In this document: positions 1 to 37,034 of the stretch, piece after piece
Layout: every line of letters begins with the position of its first letter
Position numbering within the stretch: the first letter of the stretch is position 1
From: Bugula neritina
Lineage: Eukaryota > Animalia > Bryozoa
Direction: 5' to 3'
Assembly: GCA_964035545.1 (NCBI GenBank)
Contig: OZ037767.1
Coordinates: forward strand, 20,290,628 to 20,354,627
Length of the DNA: 64,000 nucleotides
Notes under the pieces: generated by a model
What the model saw: the letters and a program-made list of their open reading frames with translations, nothing else
What the model was told of the DNA's origin: nothing
Databases searched by the model: none
Position numbers and translations under genes: made by a program

Positions 1-555
1 TAGTGTTTTGAAGAATGACTAATAGACAAAATTTCAATACTAAAACTCATTTTCAGCATTGTGAAAACTTCAACCTTCACCCAATGTTTTTGAGTCAAGT
101 ACAAAATTTGTATTTTAGAAAAACCATGGTTTTGGTTGCAACCATTAGAAAAAGAAGTTGTCTCCCCTTTAAAGAAAATACAAACTAAATGGCAAAAAGA
201 GTTTTTTTTGTCAATAAGTTATTTATAGTAGCAACAAACTTGAAAGCACGATTTTACTCATGTATGCTGGTGCGCTTAAGTCCTCAAGTTTCTTTAACTT
301 TGATTGCAGTTTCCTTTTTAGAGCATTACAGAATGCTTTTGTACAATCACACTACTTGAAATTTTGAGTAGTGTATACTGTAGAAAGGGATTCTGTGATG
401 CCTAGTGACTATTCAGTCGCATAAGTTGAAGTATACCCAAACTCTCATAATTATGCATATACATGGCAGAGTTTATTTAAGCTACAAAATTTGAAACACT
501 TAGTGAATAAGCTTATTTATCAATACAAAATAAATTCAGAAGTCTGCACCCTCAC

Positions 556-2474
556 CCATTTAGCTTCATCCACTGTGTCCACTTTAGGTACAACAAGAGA
601 TGAGGGCAAGGTGGGTGCTGATAGAATACAAGAAAGGTCTTCTTCAGCCAAACCACTGGATATGGAGTTGACACGTACAGCAACATCTGACACCCCAAAG
701 TCAGTACCTCTACCCAGTACCTTCACTATAGTATCTCTAGCAATCTCCTGTGAACAGCAGATATCGAGTTCATTGTGTAGATAGAAACGGTAAGCATTCA
801 ACAAGGGAAATTTAAATTAAGCTTAAAGTCAAAGTTTTTCATATTTTATGCAACCCAAACATATTTCAAACTTAGCCAATTACAAAATCAAGCAATTTTG
901 TGTTGAAATACTAAACAGCCAACTACAATCGTATGGAATCTAAGTTTCAAAAATGGGCGTGTCAATAAAAAGAAGTTGAAAAGGTGCCCAGCAGAAATAT
1001 TATCTTTAAAAGTTAGCAATCCTATCTCCATGCTAACTGTTTGTTATATTAACAAATTTCACAAGTTGTTAAAACTTATGACAAATAAAAGTACAGAAGT
1101 TGGCATTTCTACTAAAAATTTATAAACATGAGCAACTTCAACATAAAGTGCGTTTCTAACTTCAGGTTTCATTGTTGAAATGCAAAAAGGCTAAAACTTA
1201 GATAGCTGCACTTTTCCTATATATGATTTTTGTAAATCGTAATTCCATCAGATAGCATAAAATTTTAACGACTCTCATTGATACTGTATTTTTTTTCACT
1301 TGTACCAGTTTATTTGTTACATTAAATCAGGGACATAATTTTGCCTGCAATTTGTCAAACATTAAATTAAAACATATCCAGTACCACTTATTGCCAACAT
1401 GTAGAAAAAAACCTGACATTTTTGCTTTTAGTTGTTTCTTGGTTGACAAATGATGATAGCTAACCGGAAGGCACAGCATCTTCAAGCTAAATGTTACCTT
1501 TGAGTTGATTGATACTCCATCCTCAATATCCAGGCAAATAGAATCAGCATTTAGTTTTGCTGCTTTCTCAATTTTACGAAGACTATCACCTATAGAATTT
1601 AAAAACAACAGCTTAAAACAAAGTGACCATAGCTTTCTTTTAATGAGTTTCGGCATAGGTTTTTGATTGCTACAAACACAGACAACTTGTTCGAATTTTA
1701 TGGCTTCTTCTTAATATATATTTTTGTTATTTTATTCTCCAATAGCTCTTAATTGCTTGTTTTAATACTCTTGAAAACAAACAAAAATGTGCTCGATTTG
1801 TTTTGCTAAACTTTGAATTAACTATAAAAAAGTTTGAAATTTAGTAAATTAAAGATAGGAAATTGTTTTTTTAGTAACAACTTTTGCACTTGCATGCTAT
1901 TAGACTGTATTAACTGCTTTGCTAGGCAAAAATCTCTGAATCCGCCATAGTGGACTCTAAGATAATGAGGTTTATCTAGTCAAGTATTCTGACGCTTCAA
2001 AAGCAATTATCAAGTTTTTCAATAATGGTTATTCCAAGATTAGTGCGAAGACTCTGAACTGTAAAATGAGGCCCTATTTCTTGCATACTGTTCAAATAAT
2101 TTAACTTTAATTTCAAAAAGTTTAAATTTTTTATTTCATTAGCAGAAATGTATTGACTACAAGATAAGTGAGGTTTACGAACTACCAAATAAAAATGCGC
2201 CACAAAATACTGCTTAAGTTTTATTCTATTGTTTGCTTACACTTGGACTTTTTATCCACAGTATAAACATTTTTAGTAAAGTCCTAGAGAAGTTAACATA
2301 TTGATAACTATATTTTGAAGTTTTACCTGGTACATACAGGAAAGCTCTCCTGGGAATTTGTTTCATAATCTTATTGTGCACTGAAAAAGGCTTGGTGGAC
2401 TTTGCTGTTATTTTTAGACTTGAAACAACTAATTGTAGAACTGGTTGGTTAATCTTAACACTCGCATTGTTCAT
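556..2474 (-). CDS. CLYBL: Citramalyl-CoA lyase / citrate lyase beta-like protein, mitochondrial (5' part; gene continues off the left edge)
   Basis: Exons 2474-2327 (MNNASV...IPRRAFLYVPG), 1589-1498 (DSLRKIEKAAKLNADSICLDIEDGVSINSK) and 747-556 (EIARDTIV...VRVNSISSGLAEEDL...VPKVDTVDEAKW). GT-AG junctions are in consistent phase. RRAxLYVPG, LDxEDGV, VRVN and PKV are HpcH/CitE family motifs. Confidence 0.9.
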
Positions 2475-4553
2475 GTTGGTCAATCTTCAATTTAGATAAC
2501 TGGAACTATAACATGTACAACTATCAGTTTTCTACTAGTGCTAGTACTAATGAATTCCAGTACTAGTACTTGTACAGCGTACTGCCCTTGAAGTATTACA
2601 ATAACAGTAAGGCACTACTAACTAATGACTAGTCATTAGATACATCAGGATCAGTTTGAGTGGTAATACAGATGTTAATTCTAACTACATCAGTAATTAC
2701 ATTCAATTTGACTTTTAACTTCATTAATTTAGTCTTGACAATCATAGCAATTGAATCTAGTATGACAATCAAATTTAATTATTTAACTTTAATGATCAAT
2801 AAAAGTGAGATGTTATTATGAATTGCACAGAGGTGTAGGCATTACCATTTTTATTACTATTAGCAAATTAATATAAATATTGCAATTGGAATTTCTTTTA
2901 GAGTAACTAAAAGGCTTACATTCACAGTGGCTGTAAGATTAGGTGCAACTCATAATAAATTGTAATTTCAATAAATGAAGTAAAAGTTCTTTTACTAACT
3001 CAGTACTATCTACTCACTATCCCATGCTAATACTCACTATCATGGTGATACTGATAGTATTACTATTAGTGAAAAGCTTAGTACAAATACTAAGAGTTTT
3101 AATTTAATAGTATAAAATTAGAAAATGATTACATTTAATGTAATTTTATAATCAGTTCTTTATTTATTACTATAGCCTGAAACCACAACTATAACTCTAC
3201 CAATACTATAAGTATAAGATTAGTCATTATAATTATGATAATCAACATCATAAACATAATGATTAGATATAATTTTATTGAGCAATAATAAGTATAACAC
3301 TTGAAGTTATCAACTGAAGTATATACTTATACTATTGCTATTATTAGTGTTACAATTATACTTATAGTTATATTGCCAAATTAGAAATTGAGAAGGCTAA
3401 TACAAAAATTTAGAGGCAAATACTTTAAAATTATTATTTCAGCATACTCTTACTAATACTAATAGTGTAAGTTATACTCATCGTTGACTCATATTGATAG
3501 TGATACACCCCAAGGCCAAACACTTAGAGTTAGTGTTACTCTAACCCTTAGTCTAACTATAAGTCTTACACTAACAATAACAGTATGAGTAACTGTACTG
3601 AGTGTAAGTGTAACACTTACAGTTACTGTAACTGTTACTCTTACTCTTAGAGTTAAAGTTAGTCATGTAGTTATAGTAATGTTACACTTGAAGCTTAAAA
3701 AATATTTCTAATTTTTTATTAGCATAGATTCTTTTTGGTATATAGCTTTGTGAATGTTTCCATATTATTAATATCATCATTAGACACTGGCTTGATGATT
3801 TATTCATTGGAGGTGAAGCTCAACCTACAGTGTATTGTAGCATGAGGTTTTGCAGAGGTAGGAAAGCACGCCGGTTTATTTTGTTGTTCACAAACACATG
3901 TCCGAGCTTCTCAATAACAGCAATTTAACTGCACTACTATCATAACAAGTTGACAAACTTTTGAGCATTATAACAAAATATTTATTTGACTAAAATATAA
4001 AAATTGTTTTGAAATTATGCTGTTAAAATTTGTCTTGATTACTCAAGGCTGGATTAATTGCTGATTTTATAATACCCCAACTAAACTCAACCGAGTAATA
4101 TCCTGTTTTTCATTCAATTATTTTCATTTAGCACTTGAAGTTAAAGTTTTTATTCATTCACTTTGAGTTTGGCTGAAATAATCATGATAATTTTTGTGGT
4201 ATTTATACTAATACTATATTTTAAAAGTTGGAGCGTTTGAAACTTTTTATGTGACACTGACTGCCGTTGTTTTTATTGATATAAGTTCATGGTGATACAC
4301 ACATCATTATTATAATTATTTCGAGTTTCATTTATTTTTTATTTCGAAATTAATTTTAAAACTAAATTTACTTCAATGGCAAAATACTAGTTCAGTAGTT
4401 GAAGTACTGAGTCTTGGTTTAAAGTACTAGTAATACTACTAGTACATAGTGGCACTACTACAGTACTAGTAGTTTAAGTCTTCTACACCTACTAACAGTA
4501 ACTCTAAGACTAAAAGTAAGAGTAACTCAAAGTCAAGCTGTAACTGTAAGTGT

Positions 4554-5088
4554 GGTGTCATCCCAAATAGCCGCTTCCCAGTTAGACGATAGACTAAATT
4601 TCCCACCTAGACATTTCCCACTTGGACGCTTCCCAATTAGACACAACTTATTTATTTTGGTACAATATATATTCTATGTGCAATTTATTTGAATATTTTT
4701 GAAATAATGTATATTTAAATAAAACTGGATCAGTTGCTTGTTATTTAGCACATATAAATAAATTCCTATGATCTGCATTAACTTCTTAATTTTGCATTTC
4801 TTGTTGTTTGAAAAGATATTTTGTTGATAGTATCGATTAATGATCATATCTATTATTAATTTATTACTGATTTTTTTCATACACACATTCATAAAAATGG
4901 GAATATTATCCCAGATAATTAATATTAGCTATTATAAGCTATAGCTATTTAGTAATCAATGCAACATTTATACAGGTATGTTATTATATGTAATTGCACC
5001 AAAATAAAAAATATCGTCTAACTGGGAAGCATCTAAGTGGGAATTTAGTCTATAGTCTAACTGGGAAGCGTCTATCTGGAATGAAACC
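4554..5088. mobile_element. MITE / non-autonomous DNA transposon (~535 bp) with long imperfect terminal inverted repeats
   Basis: The left end GGTGTCATCCCAAATAGCCGCTTCCCAGTTAGACGATAGACTAAATTTCCCAC matches the reverse complement of the right end (GGTTTCATTCCAGATAGACGCTTCCCAGTTAGACTATAGACTAAATTCCCAC). There are subterminal TTCCCAnTTAGAC repeats, a further inverted match at ~4650-4667 vs ~4993-5013, and an AT-rich non-coding interior. Confidence 0.8.
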
Positions 5089-6076
5089 GTAACTGTAGCT
5101 ATAGAATTAGGTGTAAGTACTGGTTTAGGTGGCAGCTTACTTTTAAGTTTTAAGTTTAAGTTTTTCTATTATCTAATCTAGGTTGATGTTGTACAGCTTC
5201 TATTAGTCACTTAGTGTTACTGTTAGTTTAGCTTTCAGTATTTTAGCTTTGAAGTCTTACTTCGAACTAATGTTTTAATTTTTGAATCTAGGAATATCAG
5301 GAATATTTAACCAACAATTCTTCAATAATTTGAACTCTCTGGTTTAGTTGACTTACTCCAATTGAGCTTAACTTTATGTTTCCTTAGTCGTTACCTTAAA
5401 CTACAAATAAAATTTGTATTAGAGCTCATTCACATTTTTAATGGTCATCGTTATAATCACACTTGTTCCCAACTACTATTGATGCTACTATTTTAAGTAC
5501 CAGTCTAATTGTATGACCAATTAGTTTTTTAATTAGAATATATGTTTTTATCATTATTTATTATCAATTTCAATCAACTGCTAGACAGAGACTGAACTAC
5601 TCTCACAATATCTGCATTTTTAAGGCTGAATTTACATTCTCTTCAATCTCCGCACTCAATATGTTGTGAAAATGCTGTTTATAAACAAGTGGAAGTTTGT
5701 TTAAATTATATACATGAGTTTGATCATCAGAAATATTTTTTCAAACTTACTCTTTCAATCTGTTTAATAGGCTAAAGTGAGCATTTTCAGTTTTTCGATA
5801 CGTAGTGGTATTAAAATTATTTGCATTATGTAAAAACATAAATGTATTTTTTGCTTAACCTGATCACATGAAACTCTCACAGAGTTGGTTTATATTGTGA
5901 TATATTCTTTGTAAACTCATTTTTGGAAGCATCTCAAATTTCTAACTTTTTGAATGAGACTAATTGAGCTGCAGAATACCTTTTTGACCAGTAAAGTTTA
6001 TTAGATACACTAATGTAGCTTGAAATTATAACTATATTTTGCAGTTTCATTATGGGCCAACATTACGGGTGGTGAT

Positions 6077-31423
<25,347 letters not shown>

Positions 31424-31466
31424 CTTTAACTAGGGAATAGGAGGTGGAAGAGGCTCAATTATTACT

Positions 31467-31480
31467 TTTATTGTAATAAA
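31467..31480. terminator. Back-to-back polyadenylation signals (TTTATT-GT-AATAAA) between convergent CPSF2 and FLAD1
   Basis: AATAAA on + at 31475-31480, 52 nt after the CPSF2 stop; AATAAA on - at 31472-31467. Confidence 0.55.
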
Positions 31481-31959
31481 AACAGTCTAGCTGTAAATAA
31501 TCATTTGTGTAATTAAAATCATTGTATAATTTTTATAAAAATTCATGAAGAAAATATAAACCATACAAATACTTTTAAATTGAGCTCTTTGATTTAGTTA
31601 GTATATTTATGCCAACACTTCGTCCACCACTCGCTTTTTCATCTTAACTTTACCCATGTTTCTTTAGAACAGCTCTATTGAACTGAATACATGTGTTTTA
31701 GCAGAGGTTGCATAACTCCAAGTTGCTGCCTTATTGTCACAATGTCAGTAAATCATACAATAAAAAATTGTGAACTTAAATTTGTTAGCAAGCTGGCATT
31801 TCAAAACTCATTTACTCATGAAACACAGGCTTTAAAATATTAGAATCAACTTCAAACATCAAAAGTCAAATCTGAATTAAATTTCAGTTAATAATTAAAA
31901 GCATAATATAATAAATACCTTGAAGTATAAATAATAACCTAAAGTCAAAATCACATTGG

Positions 31960-33951
31960 CTAGGAATGGCGCCCTGCTCTCTCGAGATGACGGTTTTGGT
32001 CGGATATCTGGAGAGTGTAAGCAGGATTATAGCTGATGACACCGTTGCTATCTGTAGACCTCAATGCAGGATTAACATGTGTATTCTCTACACTACCCAG
32101 CGAGGTGTAGCCCATATCGTACAGACTACAGTATGGAAGGTTGAGAGACCTTAGCAATTCCCACACATCATTGTAGGAGAAGTTGAGTATGGGATTGACT
32201 CTCATCAGCTCTGGCCAATCACCATCGGTCATCTGAAACAAGTCCATATCGCCGTGCGGGTCGGTGGAGCGGGTGCCCATAATAACTGCTTTGATACCCG
32301 GGTGCTGCTGCTTCATTTGCGCAAGCTGGTCCTTTATTCCCCCGTCAAACCTCATCATCTTCAGCTTGTACCTATACAATGCAAATACCATCATAAACTT
32401 ACTCATAGTGCTAAAAATACACACCCAGTATGAGCTGAGAGTACACTACTTGATACTTAATCAAAACTACTCGGCTAACAACTGGAATGGTCAAAATTGT
32501 TATGGTGCTCTAGCAGCAGAGATGGACTCGCAACTCAGTCGTTAAGTTGGTTGCAGCAAACATTTGTAGAGTAGGAAATCGCTTTCGAATGAAGCTAATT
32601 CAAAAGTAAAAAAGTTTTTCACTGGACAGTTTTGTTCTCGTTATTTCTTCTAATAATATCTTTAAAGTGAAATCTTTCTAGATGTAACATGATGAAGTAT
32701 CTACCAACCTTACAACACTCTGCTCTATGAAGAGCTCCACCTCAGGAAACGGTGTTTTACTCTTGATATAAAGTGTCTTCAGCTCAGATGAGTTGCTATC
32801 AAAACCTGGATGTTGGCTAACCACAGCGTACCTGAAAACAAGAACATCTGAGGAATTTGGTCATCATTATCCCTCATGAAAAAACTAAAAACATTTCCAA
32901 GAAAATTATTATCCTACCATAAGTGTAAAAGAGCTGTACAATCTTTGCCACCATTAAATCCTATGCAAACTTCATCCAAAGTGTAACGACTTAGTGTTTC
33001 ACTGCACACTGCCAAAGCCTCCGTCAATGGTGAGCATATTTCACTTGTCTTCTGCAATTTCTCCAGTTTCTTCATTGGTTCAGACAATGGATCTACATCA
33101 TAGTCTACAAAGCGATCAGATGGGAGACGATTCCTAATTGCAGCTTCACATTTGTCTAGATCAGCGGCGTCACTCGACTCTAACACTATCTTCACCTTAA
33201 AGTAATTGTTATGCCACTCCGGATATGAGCCAATTGTAACAGTAGAAGAAAACTCTTGGTTTATCAAAGTCAATTTCTCAGCTATGCTCATTTCATCTGT
33301 ATTTAAATAAAGCATGCGAACTTTTCTTGACAAAGACGGATTTCCTACCAAATCTTCCAGAGACAGAAAAGCCAGTTTTAAAAATTTAGGAACTCCTGGC
33401 AAAATGAAAACATTTTCGATGTTCACTACAGGAAACTTTCCTTTACTACCTCGAATGAGTGATGCTGCATCGGGAATAGTAGCTAACTTTTTGTGAGTTT
33501 CAGTGTACTTTTCTTTAAAATAACCTTTATACATGGCTTCTAATTCCCCATTAACTTTAACAGGCATATTGAAAGCTGCGGCTACAGCCTCGTATGTGAT
33601 ATCATCATGGGTTGGTCCAATGCCACCCGTTGTAATCACATGTGTAAAAGTTGCGGAGAACTCTTTAACACACTCTCCGATAGCATTGACATCGTCAGGG
33701 ATTGTCACCACTTTCTTTACAACTGCACCCAGTTGATGAAATCTGCCACATAAATAAAACGAATTGCAATCCTGAACTTGCCCTTTCACAATCTCATCTC
33801 CAATAACTATAATACCAACAGTTGTTGTATTCATCCTCATTTGCCCAATCACTTGTGAAGTTTGCAACTTTACTAAGTTAGAAGCCAGAAACCCTCCAAG
33901 TTTGCTTTGATGTATAGAGTACCGTTTAACATGGGATAATATTGACTTCAT
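31960..33951 (-). CDS. FLAD1: FAD synthase (molybdopterin-binding/CinA-like domain plus PAPS-reductase-type FADS domain), ~522 aa
   Basis: Exons 33951-32918, 32831-32709 and 32371-31960 (1569 nt). Motifs IIVIGDEIVKGQVQDCNS, GGIGPTHDDITY, LPGVP, GFNGGKDCTALL, MGTRSTDP, RVNPIL, YCSLYDMGYTSLG and ERAGR. Confidence 0.96.
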
Positions 33952-35884
33952 CTCAGTATAGCTGTCACAAATAATACTAAGTTCTTACAAGCCATTTCCT
34001 GTAACATATTCATTATTTGCCATTATTACAACATTATAGCTCCTATTGTTCACATTTTAAAACTATATTAATTAAAATTGTTGGGAAACTTAAAATTTTA
34101 TAGTATATGTGAAGAAACCTTTGCTTCATAACTTATTTGAGGCAGCACTAGAAACGAATTTGTAAATAATTACAGGAATTAAATTTTGAAATCAAGTCAT
34201 ACATTAAATTAAAAAATAACAGAAATAATCAATATATATTTGAACAATTATAAAAACAATTACAATAATGATTATTTAACAATAAATTGAGCGTCAAATT
34301 AAGAGTGAGTGTTATACTTGAGACTTGAGTCACTATTACTATATAATTATACTAATTATAGTTAATTCAAATCTAATACTTGTAGTTATACTTTTATAGT
34401 TTTACTCTAAGTCTTACTCGTATACTTTCACTTTTACAATAATACTAATAGTATAGTATTTTACTATTGCTATTACTATTAGTATAGGCATTATCATTAT
34501 GATTAGCATAAACTGAGAAAACCAAACATTAGGTTTATAAAGAAAATGTTGCTGTAACAGAGTCAATATTATTATTATTAGGTCAACTATTAAGCTTACT
34601 GAAAGTAAATAACTGTGACACATAATAAACATAGCTATAATAAACTAATGCTAATAGTAATATATTGTAATCTGCAATATAATCACTATTAACCATAATG
34701 ATAATGTAATGAAAATGTTAATACTTATAGTTGTACTATTACCAATACTGTAAAAGTAATTAATGAATAGTTTAGTGTTAATTCAACAATATAAATGTAA
34801 TCTTCTAATAGCAATTAGTATACAGTACATATAAATACAATTTACTAATTAGTAATTACTATTACTATTAGTATTACAGTATTACATTTAGTGATTTACT
34901 ATTACTATTACTATTAGTATTACCGTATTAGTATCATAGTTATACTCGTAGTTTTACAGTGTTTGTTTTACTTAAATTTGATAGCTAAGCCTAAGGCTAA
35001 TAGTAATACTCTATTAGTATTACTATTACAGTTACTATAACTATTACAATCGCCTATTAGTCTTGTCCTTGGGGCTTGCCGGCTTGGACTTGAGTGAAAA
35101 TTTAAATAAAATTTTTCTTTCAGTCTGAGTCTGTTACACTAACTGTAAGTTTAGAATCATCAATAATTAACTTTATTCAAAAAATATATCAGTCAATGTC
35201 ACTAAGTACAACAGTTTCAGTTAATTTTAACGTTTTACTAAATGTAATAATATAATATATATTTAGTAGTAGTAACAGTAACAGCAGCAACTAGAAAAAA
35301 TTAGGGTTTTACTGGAGGAAATAACTTAAACTGGACGTAATCCGGCAAAACAATATAAATGTGTGGCAAAGGTTCGTAATGCATATTTGCGGAAAAGGTT
35401 TTTACGTTCCAATTTCTATCGGCTCATATATATCAGTTTTTAGATGTTCTTTTTAGAGTATGATAGACGATATTAGGTAGCGAGCTGAGTAATTTATTTT
35501 GTAACTGAGAAGTCGAATTTCGATTCACTCAATTTGAATTTACTGAATAAAGTTAATCAGGGTTTACTGTTAACCTAAATTATTCACTTTCAGATTTTAT
35601 GAAAAATCAAGTTTAAATAAAATCAGTCAATGGCATAAATTGATTCATTTTCTATATTATTTTATTTTAATTCAGGTTATAATCAGTTTATAAAATAAAA
35701 ATAACTAAAACTTGGAGTTGGTCTTGAAGTTTCAGTTTGACTTGGCATTCACTGATTCAGCATTGGCTTACTTGCTTGCTTGCTTGACTTACTTGAAGAT
35801 GCAATCACGTTAGACCACTCAATTAGTGTAAACGACGTGCCTCGTTTGGTGAACAGAATTATTAAATGTAGTTAATACTTTTAT

Positions 35885-35959
35885 CACCAAAGTCCTAAAC
35901 AGAACTGCACCTATGAAGAGCAAGATCACATAGGTGCAGTTCTGTTTAGGACTTTGGTG
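35885..35959. repeat. Perfect 31-bp inverted repeat with a 13-nt loop (75-nt hairpin)
   Basis: CACCAAAGTCCTAAACAGAACTGCACCTATG - AAGAGCAAGATCA - CATAGGTGCAGTTCTGTTTAGGACTTTGGTG. Confidence 0.95.
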
Positions 35960-37034
35960 TCAGTACCGAGCTTTAGGCTTATGAGGCCTGTCTGTGAGCA
36001 GCATTTGGTGTTATTTTCATATCAATAAATTGAATATAATCATGATCGTAATGATAACCATAATTATATTAATCACTTTGACTTTAAATCAACAATAATG
36101 ATAAATTAATATTGGTTTTTATTGAAAACAAATCTGCTAATGCTATTGACTCTGCTATTCAATTTTTTAGATCAGTATGACTATGAGCATCACTATGAAT
36201 AACACAGTGTGGTATCCCGGTATGAGCCTCCACTTGAGAGCATTAGTTAATTTATTAAGATAGCTTAAGTTCTCTAGTTTTATTTTTAAATTTTGTTTTG
36301 GGGCACGGGTTGAAATTCTTGCGAGACCACAACTTTTTTTACTCCATTTTTATTTTCAATCACAGACTTTTCTCAAGTTCTTCATTACTACACCTACATG
36401 GGTATTACCATCAGTCAGTATCAGTATGAGATGATCATGATTGTCATTGTGAGCATGCTTATTACTATGATAATGATAGTGATACTGATAGTCATAGTGA
36501 CTAATCTAACTATTGCGAGTATGATGGTCAGTATTAGAAGGATAGTAAAGCTGAATATCAATATGAATATAAGCAACTGTAAGTGTAGTACTTATGATGA
36601 TGCTGCTAGAAATAGTATCAGTGTGATGATTATTATTATGATTCGAATTAGTATGATTATGATTTATACCTAATGAGAGTTAGTCTTATAGTTATCGTCA
36701 ATCTATTAGCATGTGGTACTAAATTTATTTTATTTCTTGCTATAAAATTAAATTCTGAAAGTGAAAGCTAAATTAACTAATTGATCAGCTTTGAACTTTC
36801 AGACTCCATTTAACTTGTAAATTTTAATTTATTGTGAAGTCAATGTTGGTAGCAAGTTGACTTTGGTCAAATAATTTTAAGCACTTTACTCAGCTCTGCT
36901 TTTAGTGTTTTGTTTTTTATTAGTTTGACTTTATTTCAGTTTGGATTTGATTTTAAGGTTTACTATACTTCAGCTCAAGTGCTGAAGTTTATCTCGTTAA
37001 CCAACTTGAAGTTGAACTTGAAGCCACACTTAAG

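Noticed and set aside
36398-36673. Hydrophobic 91-aa ORF (MIMIVIV...)
   Set aside because: It is a product of cryptic (ATN)n low-complexity sequence with no family motif.
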